DNA of 64,000 nt from Eledone cirrhosa (GCA_964016885.1 OZ024740.1:207018001-207082000), one strand, 5' to 3'. Counted from the stretch's first letter, positions 28,960 to 41,689 are shown. A program made the numbers and translations. The notes: a model not told the origin generated them from the sequence alone.

Positions 28960-29337
28960 TTCCTAACACCAACCACATTTACAGTGAGTACTGTGTGCTT
29001 TTTGGTGTGACACCTACAAGACCACTTTACAGTGTGGGCTGGGTGCTTTTTGTCGTGACACCTACACGACCACTATACAGTGTGGGCTGGGTACTTTTTG
29101 TTGTGACACCTACCCAACCACTTTACAGTGTGGGTTGTGTGCTTTTTGTCGTGACACCAACACGACCACTTTGAGGTGTGAGCTGGATGCTTTTTGTCGT
29201 GTTACCTACATGACCACTTTACAGTGTGGGCTGGGTGTTTTTTGTTGTGACACCTATCCGACCACTTTGTAGTGTGGGCTGGATGCTTTTTATTGTGACA
29301 CCTACATGACCACTTTACAGTGTGGGCTGGGTGCTTT
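28960..29337 (-). repeat. 48-bp minisatellite (~8 copies) derived from the RTE/SINE aaaaagcacccagcccacactgtaaagtgg module
   Basis: Unit acagtgtgggctgggtgctttttgtcgtgacacctacacgaccacttt; preceded by ttcctaacaccaaccac. Confidence 0.9.
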
Positions 29338-30227
29338 AAATTTTAGATTTGAGTAAAAAATAAGAAGAAAAAATAGGAAGAAAAAAAATAATCAAATTCT
29401 TCAAATTAACTTTTTTTATTCTGAAGAAAAAAAAATATTGAAAAAAGTTGTTTAAATAAAATACCAGTATAAATAGTAACATTATAAAATAGATTTTATT
29501 TCCTCCTCATCAGTCTTTGAAAGAATCTGCTACTCATTGTAAAGAAATCCAGTTTGAAAAAGGAGAAAGTTTCATCGCAGTTACTAGTGTAACAATAATG
29601 CAGCAATTAAGATGACTCAAGACTCTTGTGAGAAACTTGATCAGAGATCCTGGATTCCTCAGTTATCCACACAACTGAGAGGGATTTCAACTATTTTGGT
29701 GATTCACAAAATAAATAAAATAATACACAAACAAACAAACCGTAAATGGTTTCTTGCAGATGGAAAAGTATGTTGAAAGAGGTAGAAAAAAAAAAACTTT
29801 TAAATTGTGCAATTTTAGTCCTCACAACTCTGCAAATGTGGAAGAAAAAAAAACAAAAACAAAAAAGTCCTCCCTGGTTTTGAAAATGTGTCTGTTACAT
29901 AAATTTTCTTTCAGATATGTTCTATTGTTATATTTTTCACCATTACTGATGTAATGAAAAGTACGGTGGAGATAAAAAGACAGTACTTCTCAACATTATC
30001 ATTTGAAATAAATGTTCCTATTTCTTTTTTTTGTTGATAAAGATGAGATGAAAAAAAAAAAAATTATTTCATCTCCTTTCTGATAGAAATAGCTGAACTG
30101 TAGGAATCCCAGCTGAGAAGAGGTATAAATGCCACAACTTCCTCCTTCCTTTGTAAGTCTATATAAAGATTTTGTTGATGACAAGAGTTCTTCTATAGAT
30201 GAGAATTGATGGAATGTAAGAAAACAT

Positions 30228-30396
30228 TTAAAATTCATCGTGACCCCTTAATTTGGAATGAATCGGTAGAGCTGGTTTAATAAAAATACCTTCACCTGCC
30301 TGCCAGTAGTTCTTCTCATTGGGGTGGTCATGGCCACTGACCTCTCGTTGACCTTGGATGGGTCGACCATAAACATCACCATTTACATGGAGATAG
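30228..30396 (-). CDS. SDF2: SDF2/SDF2L1-like, coding exon 6 (last)
   Basis: tttttacag| then YLHVNGDVYGRPIQGQREVSGHDHPNEKNYWQAGEGIFIKP...HDEF*; matches the SDF2 C-terminus (YGRPISGQKEVHG..WKAMEGIF) with an HDEL-type ER-retention signal. Confidence 0.93.
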
Positions 30397-31445
30397 CTGT
30401 AAAAATAGTAAGTAATCACAAATATAGATAAACCAATAAAATGAATGATAGGAGAAATATTATGTTTCTGGTTTCACATCCTTTTGAAAAGTGATATGCT
30501 GGAGAATCAAAGGTAAAATTGAGTTTAACCTTTTCTTAACAATACACACACTCTCACTATATATATAGAAGTGCTCCGGAGAGAAGATGTACCATTACTA
30601 ATTTATTCTTAGATCCAGTCCAAACGACTGAGATGGCCTGGTCATATCTCATAAATGGATGAATCTAGAATCCTCAAGCAAATGTAGTATGGAGAATTAG
30701 TAGATGGAAGAAAGATCATAGCATGTCTTAAACTGTGTTTCAATATTAAAACCACCCTGAAACAGTTCTCTATTGATGCTCTATACCTCTCAAATCCCAG
30801 CTGAGCATTCTGTACCATTAAACTAAATGACCTGATGTTTATTTGGTATGGTATGGTCCCATAACTCCTGATAGTTGTAGGGCACCGTATTGACATACAG
30901 TGCTTCTTTGGCATTTTAAGCCTGGTGGAGCCCATTCCTCTCCAGTCCTGAGTACAGCAGATTTCTTCCAGAGAGAAGAAGAATTGACCCCAGTACTAGA
31001 TAGGTACTTTTTTTTTTATCGATCTCAAAAGGATGAAAGGCAAAGTTGACCTCGGTGTGATTTGAACTCAGAGAGCAGAGAGCTGGAACAAATACAATAA
31101 AGCATTCTATCCGATGTTCAAAATATATATTTCTAATAATACACTGCCTGTCATCATCATCATCATTTAATGCCTATTTTCCATGCTTGCATGGGTTTCA
31201 CTGGCTATCACATACTGAGGCTAGAGTGGTCAGGCAACATTGTATTGGTTGTATGCTCCATTTTTGGCTTGGTTTCTATAGCTGGATGTAATTTCTAACA
31301 CCAACAACTTCATAGTGTGGACCGAGTACTTTATATCGCAGCACTAACACTACAACAAGAATGTTATAACATCTTTAGTTAATTTGTACTTAGTTTCTAA
31401 TAAATTAACTTTCTAATTAACAGTTATTTTATAATTAACACTTAC

Positions 31446-31527
31446 CTTCCAGTGATAACGTTTTTTAATCGGATCTGTTCATCACGGGACCAGTTCCCAG
31501 TTTTACATATAACAGTCCAGTCATCCC
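31446..31527 (-). CDS. SDF2: SDF2-like, coding exon 5
   Basis: tttag|GDDWTVICKTGNWSRDEQIRLKNVITG|gtaag; 82 bp, phases join exons 4 and 6. Confidence 0.92.
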
Positions 31528-31777
31528 CTAAATAGATGTGTTGATAGATACAGGATGAAGGAAAGAAAAGAAGGGAAAACAGGAGTAGAGAAAATAAGAC
31601 AGAGAGGTTAATGACTTAGAAACACAATACAAATGGCGGTGCCCCAGCTTGGCCCCAGTCTCTCAGCTGGAACATGTAATAGAGAATATAGAAGCAATTT
31701 AATACAATATGAAATTATTGAAATGTTTTGTCTAAAACCTAATAACCAGAACCCTATGTAGAGAATCACCTGTCTCG

Positions 31778-32320
31778 AGTGAGACCACTACTGGTCACCT
31801 CAGTCTATAGTGAGACCACTACTGGTCTCCTCAGTCTATAGTGAGACCACTACTGGTCACCTCAGTCTATAGTGAGATCACTACTGGTCACCTCAGTCTA
31901 TAGTGAGACCACTACTGGTCACCTCAGTCTATAGTGAGACCACTACTGGTCTCCTCAGTCTATAGTGAGATCACTACTGAACACACTGGTCTATAGTGAG
32001 ACCTCCACTGGACACCTTAGTATATAGTGAGACCACTACTGGACACCTTAGACTATAATGAGACCACTACTGGACACACTGGTCTATAGTGAGACCATTA
32101 CTGGTCACACTGGTCTATAGTGAGACCATTACTGGTCACACTGGTCTATAGTGAGACCATTACCTGTCACACTGGTCTATAGTGAGACCATTACTGGACA
32201 CACTGGTCTATAGTGAGACCACTACTGGAAACCTTAGTCTATAGTGAGACCACTACTGGACACACTGGTCTATAGTGAGACCACCACTGGACACCTTAGT
32301 CTATAGTGAGACCACTACTG
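31778..32320. repeat. 31-bp minisatellite, ~17 copies
   Basis: Unit agtgagaccactactggtcacctcagtctat. Confidence 0.97.
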
Positions 32321-32418
32321 CACAACTTATTCTGTTATTACTATACTACAGTGGTGTTTGTTATTATGTCAGTGGCTAGAAATACCTTACTACCTGTTGT
32401 TATGAGAGTAATGGGGGA

Positions 32419-33990
32419 TAACAGTGTACTGGTTGGTCTTGTGTAAACATGTTCAGTTAACAGTGTACTGGTTGGTCTTATGTAAACATATTCAGTTAAC
32501 AGTTTACTGATTGGTCTTATGTAAACATGTTCAGTTAACAGTTTACTGATTGGTCTTATGTAAACATGTTCAGTTAACAGTTTACTGGTTGGTCTTATGT
32601 AAACATATTCAGTTAACAGTTTACTGGTTGGTCTTATGTAAACATGTTCAGTTAACAGTTTACTGGTTGATCTTATGTAAACATATTCAGTTAACAGTTT
32701 ACTGATTGGTCTTATGTAAACATGTTCAGTTAACAGTGTACTGGTTGGTCTTATGTAAACATATTCAGTTAACAGTGTACTGGTTGGTCTTATGTAAACA
32801 TGTTCAGTTAACAGTGTACTGGTTGGTCTTGTGAAAATCTGATGTTGTTCAGTTAACAGTTTACTAGTTGGTCTTATGTAAACATGTTCAGTTAACAGTT
32901 TACTGGTTGGTCTTATGTAAACATGTTCAGTTAACAGTGTACTGGTTGGTCTTATGTAAACATGTTCAGTTAACAGTTTACTGATTGGTCTTATGTAAAC
33001 ATATTCAGTTAACAGTTTACTGGTTGGTCTTATGTAAACATGTTCAGTTAACAGTTTACTGGTTGATCTTATGTAAACATATTCAGTTAACAGTTTACTG
33101 ATTGGTCTTATGTAAACATGTTCAGTTAACAGTGTACTGGTTGGTCTTATGTAAACATATTCAGTTAACAGTGTACTGGTTGGTCTTATGTAAACATGTT
33201 CAGTTAACAGTGTACTGGTTGGTCTTGTGAAAATCTGATGTTGTTCAGTTAACAGTTTACTAGTTGGTCTTATGTAAACATGTTCAGTTAACAGTTTACT
33301 GGTTGGTCTTATGTAAACATGTTCAGTTAACAGTGTACTGGTTGGTCTTATGTAAACATGTTCAGTTAACAGTTTACTGGTTGGTCTTATGTAAACATGT
33401 TCAGTTAACAGTTTACTGGTTGGTCTTATGTAAACATGTTCAGTTAACAGTTTACTGGTTGGTCTTATGTAAACATGTTCAGTTAACAGTTTACTGGTTG
33501 GTCTTATGTAAACATATTCAGTTAACAGTGTACTGGTTGGTCTTATGTAAACATGTTCAGTTAACAGTTTACTGGTTGGTCTTGTGAAAACATGTTCAGT
33601 TAACAGTGTACTGGTTGGTCTTATGTAAACCTGATGTTGTTCAGTTAACAGTGTACTGGTTGGTCTTATGTAAACCTGATGTTGTTCAGTTAACAGTTTA
33701 CTGGTTGGTCTTATGTAAACATGTTCAGTTAACAGTGTAGTGGTTGATCTTATGTAAACATGTTCAGTTAGCAGTTTACTGGTTGGTCTTATGTAAACAT
33801 GTTCAGTTAACAGTTTACTGGTTGGTCTTATGTAAACATGTTCAGTTAACAGTTTACTGGTTGGTCTTATGTAAACATGTTCAGTTAACAGTTTACTGGT
33901 TGGTCTTGTGAAAACATGTTCAGTTAACAGTTTACTGGTTGGTCTTATGTAAACATGGTGTTGTTCAGTCAAGATAATAACAGTTTACTG
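32419..33990. repeat. 39-bp minisatellite, ~40 copies, with 45-bp variants and a 396-bp higher-order duplication
   Basis: Unit acagtttactggttggtcttatgtaaacatgttcagtta; the variant gtgaaaatctgatg recurs 396 bp apart (32831, 33227). Confidence 0.97.
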
Positions 33991-34561
33991 TCCAATCTGA
34001 CATGATAGGTGATGTTTTATCATAATTACTTTTATTATAATGACAATTTCTCTAATTTTTTTGTAGCTTTCTCTAACCTTTCTGCATGGTGGTTAAATTC
34101 TTAGTATATAGGACAGGCTTCTGCCTCCTACTGGTACCATGTAACCCAGTACAACCTGCTTCATGACTGAATGGTCGGTGACTAAACCAACTCCTACACC
34201 AGATCCTGGCCTGGTGAGGAGGGTACGTGGAACCCCAGCAAAGCAAAAAAAACAAGAACTGTTAAAAGGGTGGATGAACTCTTCAAAGTCAATGGCCATC
34301 CACTCCAACTATGGGTTAAATAGCCTCACCAACCCACAATTGGCAAAGCGTGGTGAGTACAGCTATACCTCTAACATGACCAAAACCAAACAGAAAGTGG
34401 TGGAGGTCAAGAAAGGGAGGGCTTTCTCCAACAGGAGTGAGAATGGAAATATAATCAGCAAGCCAAGTTCAAATCTCCACCTAACTGTTCACATTAGGAA
34501 AATGTTTAGAAACCTATTAACTTAACAACATTAAAAGGTGGAACAGTAGAAATGGTCTCAC

Positions 34562-34701
34562 CTGCATCTCCTGATCCATCTTCACCAAAGGCACTAATTT
34601 CTAAATTATTTGAAAGAGGGGAGCGAAAATGATGGCCATGCAAATTCCTTCTGGTAGCAACATGCATTAGTTGAATTGTCTGGTCACATTTTACTGGAAC
34701 A
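34562..34701 (-). CDS. SDF2: SDF2-like, coding exon 4
   Basis: ttttgcag|VPVKCDQTIQLMHVATRRNLHGHHFRSPLSNNLEISAFGEDGSGDA|gtgag; second MIR motif. Confidence 0.95.
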
Positions 34702-35106
34702 CTGCAAAATTAATAAAAACAAACAAACATAAATGAATATCCAGTTTAGAATAGGTCCACTGTATCCCTGCATGTTGTAAAAAACAACTGAAAGTGTTAA
34801 GTAACAGGGAGGGCATTCGGCTATAAAACAGTACTTCAAAAAGACCTGTCCAACCCATGCCAGTATGGAGAAGTCAATGTGATTATGATGATGATAATGA
34901 ATAAAGAGCAAACACAGTGTATGTAAAGATGTTACAAAGGTGGTTGATCAGTTGACACAGCAGCATTGACCACCACAACTGTTATAAGGTCAACTGAGGC
35001 AGAGGTAGTTGATCAGTTGACACAATGACATTGACAATAAAAGCCTCTATGTAGCTGCTTGACCTGCTAGAAATAACACCCCAAACTCCTTCAAATTACA
35101 CCTTAA

Positions 35107-35303
35107 CCCTTTAGCATTCACATTACTCTATATTTACTATCTTATTTTCACAGTAAAGGCTTTATCTTACATAATATCGAATCTATGAGATTTTGAAATC
35201 ATTTATTTTGAGATCAGTACCTTAATCTTGGATGAGCAGCTGGTTTGAACAGAAAGCGGTGAGAGAATTCTGGCCAGATACAGCAGGTTTTAATGCTAAA
35301 GGG
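35107..35303. mobile_element. piggyBac-type MITE nested in an older repeat
   Basis: Perfect 12-bp TIR ccctttagcatt/aatgctaaaggg with TTAA on both sides. Confidence 0.85.
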
Positions 35304-35424
35304 TTAATATCTTATAAAAAGAAACAAAAGAATACATTGAACAATGTAATCTGTGATGCTCCTAAAAAAACACAGGATGATTAAGGTATGACCGTCTTTC
35401 ATCATGATGACCACTACTACTTAC

Positions 35425-35507
35425 CCTCGAAAACATGTGGTTCCTGGCTTGGGCCGTATCTGCCAATAACTGTTGTGGTCATCTGAAGATTCTACAGCTG
35501 TTACAGA
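35425..35507 (-). CDS. SDF2: SDF2-like, coding exon 3
   Basis: tttcag|SVTAVESSDDHNSYWQIRPKPGTTCFRG|gtaag. Confidence 0.95.
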
Positions 35508-35762
35508 CTGAAATATAAAGATGTGGGGAGTGAGGTGACATCTGAGGAAAGATATTACAACTGGTACAGAGTGAAACATATAGATGTATTACAAATGGTA
35601 GAGACTGAAACACACAGATGTGGCGAGTATGGTGATATTACAACTGGTACAGAGTGAAGCATACAGATGTGGTGATATTACAACTGGTATAGACTGAAAC
35701 ATACAGATGTGGTGAGTGAGGTGATATCCGAGGAAAGATATTACAATTGTTACAGAATGACT
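35496..35762. repeat. Degenerate tandem repeat including the exon-3 splice acceptor
   Basis: Six related blocks of ..ac(a)actggtacagactgaaacatacagatgtgg; the first overlaps the true intron/exon junction. Confidence 0.75.
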
Positions 35763-36299
35763 CTTCAGCTGTGTCAAAGACATGATAACCTCCCTTGCCT
35801 CTCTTCTGGTAGTATAATAAAATGCACTCAGTAAAGCACAGAATCTAGTTAAGCAAGTTGTGGGCCACCGGTCCATGAACATATGTGGTGGTTCATGAAT
35901 CTATTAAAAAGTGAGATGTTATGGGTGATGGATTATAAGTGTAGCAATCATCTTGCCAGATTTAAAGTAACCTCACTACTACTGGTAAGAATATAAAATG
36001 CACCCAGAACCCTCTGTAAAGTGGTTGGTCATCAGAGACAACATTTATTTAAGTAGACCCTGTAGTCATAACAACACTTTAGTACTGGTAAAATGCACTC
36101 AAGCCAAAAATAGTACATGCATATGAGATATGGTCCCTCAACGCATTTAGAAGGGCAGTAACTCTAAATAAAACTAATAGAATGTGATGACCTGCCAAAA
36201 CCATACCAGCCTGGAAACTAGACCTAAAATGATTATGTAGTATAGAAGCTATTATTAGACAGTGAGTCGAGAACTTTCAACAAAGGGCATTATTCTCTC

Positions 36300-39200
36300 T
36301 GATAGGATGTGTGATGTTAATGTGTTTGTATAGCAAAACATGCATGAGCTGAGAGAGAAACTGAGTATAAGAGGAATCAAATGTAGTATACCATAGAGAT
36401 AACTATAGTGGTATGGCCCTGTGATGTGCATGGGAGATGATAGTTAGGTGGAGATGAACCAGGAGTTGTTGATGGAAAGAAGCTGTAGTAGAGAAACGCT
36501 AGGGAAAACCTGGGCAGGAGTGGTGAGAGTGGTCAATGGAAGGAAGCTGTAGTAGAAGACCAAGGAAAACATGGGCAGGAGTGGTGAGAGTGGTCAATGG
36601 AAGGAAGCTGTAGTAGAAGACCAAGGAAAACCTGGGCAGAAGTGGTGAGAGTGGTCAATGGAAGGAAGCTGTAGTAGAAGACCAAGGAAAACATGGGCAG
36701 GAGTGGTGAGAGTGGTCAATGGAAGGAAGCTGTAGTAGAAGACCAAGGAAAACCTGGGCAGAAGTGGTGAGAGTGGTCAATGGAAGGAAGCTGTAGTAGA
36801 AGACCAAGGAAAACCTGGGCAGGAGTGGTGAGAGTGGTCAATGGAAGGAAGCTGTAGTAGAAGACCAAGGAAAACCTGGGCAGGAGTGGTGAGAGTGGTC
36901 AATGGAAGGAAGCTGTAGTAGAAGACCAAGGAAAACCTGGGCAGAAGTGGTGAGAGTGGTCAATGGAAGGAAGCTGTAGTAGAAGACCAAGGAAAACCTG
37001 GGCAGAAGTGGTGAGAGTGGTCAATGGAAGGAAGCTGTAGTAGAAGACCAAGGAAAACCTGGGCAGAAGTGGTGAGAGTGGTCAATGGAAGGAAGCTGTA
37101 GTAGAAGACCAGGGAAAACATGGGCAGGAGTGGTGAGAGTGGTCAATGGAAGGAAGCTGTAGTAGAAGACCAGGGAAAACCTGGGCAGAAGTGGTGAGAG
37201 TGGTCAATGGAAGGAAGCTGTAGTAGAAGACCAAGGAAAACCTGGGCAGAAGTGGTGAGAGTGGTCAATGGAAGGAAGCTGTAGTAGAAGACCAAGGAAA
37301 ACCTGGGCAGGAGTGGTGAGAGTGGTCAATGGAAGGAAGCTGTAGTAGAAGACCAAGGAAAACCTGGGCAGGAGTGGTGAGAGTGGTCAATGGAAGGAAG
37401 CTGTAGTAGAAGACCAAGGAAAACCTGGGCAGAAGTGGTGAGAGTGGTCAATGGAAGGAAGCTGTAGTAGAAGACCAGGGAAAACCTGGGCAGGAGTGTG
37501 GTGAGAGTGGTCAATGGAAGGAAGCTGTAGTAGAAGACCAAGGAAAACCTGGGCAGGAGTGGTGAGAGTGGTCAATAGAAGGAAGCTGTAGTAGAAGACC
37601 AAGGAAAACCTGGGCAGGAGTGGTGAGAGTGGTCAATGGAAGGAAGCTGTAGTATAAGACCAAGGAAAACCTGGGCAGGAGTGGTGAGAGTGGTCAATGG
37701 AAGGAAGCTGTAGTAGAAGACCAAGGAAAACCTGGGCAGAAGTGGTGAGAGTGGTCAATGGAAGGAAGCTGTAGTAGAAGACCAAGGAAAACCTGGGCAG
37801 AAGTGGTGAGAGTGGTCAATGGAAGGAAGCTGTAGTAGAAGACCAGGGAAAACCTGAGCAGGAGTGGTGAGAGTGGTCAATGGAAGGAAGCTGTAGTAGA
37901 AGACCAAGGAAAACCTGGGCAGGAGTGATGAGAGTGGTCAATGGAAGGAAGCTGTAGTAGAAGACCAAGGAAAACCTGGGCAGGAGTGGTGAGAGTGGTC
38001 AATGGAAGGAAGCTGTAGTAGAAGACCAGGGAAAACCTGGGCAGGAGTGGTGAGAGTGGTCAATGGAAGGAAGCTGTAGTAGAAGACCAAGGAAAACCTG
38101 GGCAGAAGTGGTGAGAGTGGTCAATGGAAGGAAGCTGTAGTAGAAGACCAAGGAAAACCTGGGCAGAAGTGGTGAGAGTGGTCAATGGAAGGAAGCTGTA
38201 GTAGAAGACCAAGGAAAACCTGGGCAGAAGTGGTGAGAGTGGTCAATGGAAGGAAGCTGTAGTAGAAGACCAAGGAAAACCTGGGCAGAAGTAGTGAGAG
38301 TGGTCAATGGAAGGAAGCTGTAGTAGAAGACCAGGGAAAACCTGGGCAGGAGTGGTGAGAGTGGTCAATGGAAGGAAGCTGTAGTAGAAGACCAAGGAAA
38401 ACCTGGGCAGGAGTGGTGAGAGTGGTCAATGGAAGGAAGCTGTAGTAGAAGACCAGGGAAAACCTGGGCAGGAGTGGTGAGAGTGGTCAATGGAAGGAAG
38501 CTGTAGTAGAAGACCAAGGAAAACCTGGGCAGAAGTGGTGAGAGTGGTCAATGGAAGGAAGCTGTAGTAGAAGACCAAGGAAAACCTGGGCAGAAGTGGT
38601 GAGAGTGGTCAATGGAAGGAAGCTGTAGTAGAAGACCAGGGAAAACCTGGGCAGAAGTGGTGAGAGTGGTCAATGGAAGGAAGCTGTAGTAGAAGACCAA
38701 GGAAAACCTGGGCAGGAGTGGTGAGAATGGTCAATGGAAGGAAGCTGTAGTAGAAGACCAGGGAAAACCTGGGCAGAAGTGGTGAGAGTGGTCAATGGAA
38801 GGAAGCTGTAGTAGAAGACCAAGGAAAACCTGGGCAGAAGTGGTGAGAGTGGTCAATGGAAGGAAGCTGTAGTAGAAGACCAAGGAAAACCTGGGCAGGA
38901 GTGGTGAGAGTGGTCAATGGAAGGAAGCTGTAGTAGAAGACCAGGAAAAACCTGGGCAGAAGTGGTGAGAGTGGTCAATGGAAGGAAGCTGTAGTAGAAG
39001 ACCAAGGAAAACCTGGGCAGGAGTGATGAGAGTGGTCAATGGAAGGAAGCTGTAGTAGAAGACCAGGGAAAACCTGGGCAGAAGTGGTGAGAGTGGTCAA
39101 TGGAAGGAAGCTGTAGTAGAAAACCAGGGAAAACCTGGGCAGAAGTGGTGAGAGTGGTCAATGGAAGGAAGCTGTAGTAGAAGACCAAGGAAAACATGGG

Positions 39201-39350
39201 CAGAAGTGGTGAGAGTGGTCAGATCTCAAAACACTGAACCTCACAGAGATGTCAAAGGAATACATGTGAAGGGAGGCTGTACTGGAAAAAAAAACCCATT
39301 CAACCCATCTAAACATGGAAACATGGACATAAAAAGGATAAGATGATGAT
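36300..39350 (+). mobile_element. Decayed RTE 3' fragment with internal 61-bp array
   Basis: Flanks (36300-36470, 39220-39350) are collinear with RTE 23430-23770. Confidence 0.8.
36473..39220. repeat. 61-bp minisatellite, ~45 copies
   Basis: Unit ggaaggaagctgtagtagaagaccaaggaaaacctgggcag(g/a)agtggtgagagtggtcaat. Confidence 0.98.
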
Positions 39351-39524
39351 AGCAGTCAGATTCTAACAATCATGCACACTTGTATAAGGATCAGAAATGA
39401 TTGTAGAGTTGCGTAGGATCAATTTTATGTATGATGTCATGTTATGATAAAGCTGAATAGGAATTGAAGGTATCTTATATTGGCTGATATAAGTAAAAAT
39501 GTCATGTGTAGACATGTATAAACA

Positions 39525-41547
39525 TATCTGTTGTCTGCTATTCAGTGAATGGTACCTACCTAGTGTCCATTACACTTGAACTGAGTGGTACCTACTTGGT
39601 GTCTGTTATACACCTCACTTGAACTGAGTGGTACCTCTCTGTTGTCTGCTACACACCACACTTGAACTGAGTGGTACCTACTTGGTGTCTGCTACACACC
39701 TCACTTGAGTGGTACCTACTTGGTGTCTACTACACTCCTCACTTGAACTGAGTGGTACCTACTTGGTGTTTGCTACACACCTCACTTGAATTGAGTGGTA
39801 CCTACTTGGTGTTTGCTACACACCTCACTTGAATTGAGTGGTACCTACTTGGTGTTTGCTACACACCTCACTTGAATTGAGTGGTACCTACTTGGTGTTT
39901 GCTACACACCTCACTTGAATTGAGTGGTACCTATCTGTTGTCTGCTACACACCTCACTTGAACTGAGTGGTACCTATCTGCTACACACCTCACTTGAACT
40001 GAGTGGTACCTATCTGTTGTCTGCTACACACCACACTTGAACTGAGTGGTACCTCTCTGTTGTCTGCTATGCACCACACTTGAACTGAGTGGTACCTCTC
40101 TGTTGTCTGCTACACACCTTACTTGAACTGAGTGGTACCTCTCTGTTGTCTGCTACACACCACACTTGAACTGAGTGGTACCTACTTGGTGTCTGCTACA
40201 CACCTCACTTGAGTTGTACCTACTTGGTGTCTACTACACTCCTCACTTGAACTGAGTGGTACCTACTTGGTGTTTGCTACACACCTCACTTGAATTGAGT
40301 GGTACCTACTTGGTGTTTGCTACACACCTCACTTGAATTGAGTGGTACCTACTTGGTGTTTGCTACACACCTCACTTGAATTGAGTGGTACCTACTTGGT
40401 GTTTGCTACACACCTCACTTGAATTGAGTGGTACCTATCTGTTGTCTGCTACACACCTCACTTGAACTGAGTGGTACCTATCTGCTACACACCTCACTTG
40501 AACTGAGTGGTACCTATCTGCTACACACCTCACTTGAACTGAGTGGTACCTATCTGTTGTCTGCTACACACCACACTTGAACTGAGTGGTACCTCTCTGT
40601 TGTCTGCTATGCACCACACTTGAACTGAGTGGTACCTATCTGTTGTCTGCTATACACCTTACTTGAACTGAGTGGTACCTATCTGTTGTCTGCTACACAC
40701 CTTACTTGAACTGAGTGGTACCTATCTGTTGTCTGCTACACACCTCACTTGAACTGAGTGGTACCTACTTGGTGTCTGCTATACACCTCACTTGAACTGA
40801 GTGGTACCTATCTGTTGTCTGCTACACACCTCACTTGAACTGAGTGGTACCTATCTGTTGTCTGCTATACACCTCACTTGAACTGAGTGGTACCTATCTG
40901 TTGTCTGCTACACACCTCACTTGAACTGAGTGGTACCTATCTGTTGTCTGCTACACACCTCACTTGAACTGAGTGGTACCTCTCTGTTGTCTGCTACACA
41001 CCACACTTGAACTGAGTGGTACCTACGTGGTGTGTGCTACACACCTCACTTGAACTGAGTGGTACCTCTCTGTTGTCTGCTATGCACCACACTTGAACTG
41101 AGTGGTACCTACTTGGTGTCTGCTACACACCTCACTTGAACTGAGTGGTACCTATCTGTTGTCTGCTACACACCTTACTTGAACTGAGTGGTACCTATCT
41201 GTTGTCTGCTACACACCTCACTTGAACTGAGTGGTACCTCTCTGTTGTCTGCTACACACCACACTTGAACTGAGTGGTACCTACTTGGTGTCTGCTACAC
41301 ACCTCACTTGAACTGAGTGGTACCTATCTGTTGTCTGCTACACACCTTACTTGAATTGAGTGGTATCTATCTGTTGTCTGCTACACACCTCACTTGAACT
41401 GAGTGGTACCTATCTGTTGTCTGCTACACACCTTACTTGAATTGAGTGGTATCTATCTGTTGTCTGCTACACACCTTACTTGAACTGAGTGGTACCTATC
41501 TGTTCACTACACACCCTACTTGAACTGAGTGGTACCTACCTGTTGTC
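39525..41547. repeat. 43-bp minisatellite, ~47 copies, overlapping the SDF2 exon-2 splice donor
   Basis: Unit cacttgaactgagtggtacctatctgttgtctgctacacacct; the last copy is the real junction (ggtacctac|ctgttgtcc). Confidence 0.97.
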
Positions 41548-41652
41548 CACTTCCTGAGCCATATTTGATGTCATGAGAGTGTAAACGGACATTGTGATAA
41601 GGATTAAGTAGCTTTAGTGTTGATCCACATGTCACATAATTGTAGTGGAACT
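41540..41652 (-). CDS. SDF2: SDF2-like, coding exon 2
   Basis: ttgcag|FHYNYVTCGSTLKLLNPYHNVRLHSHDIKYGSGSGQQ|gtaggt; hallmark SDF2 motif RLHSHD.KYGSGSGQQSVT. Confidence 0.96.
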
Positions 41653-41689
41653 CTGCAATGGGAAAGTGAAGAGAAGTTTTAGATTATGT

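Noticed and set aside
32341-33972. 543-aa repetitive ORF as a protein-coding gene
   Set aside because: It coincides exactly with a 39-bp minisatellite inside SDF2 intron 4; no ATG start and no recognisable domain.
34073-34255. Possible HDV-like fold (cct cctcacc agg) on the minus strand
   Set aside because: Only a P3-like hairpin; no convincing P1 or P2.
36473-41547. CRISPR-like arrays
   Set aside because: Head-to-tail tandem units with no unique spacers, eukaryotic context, no cas genes.
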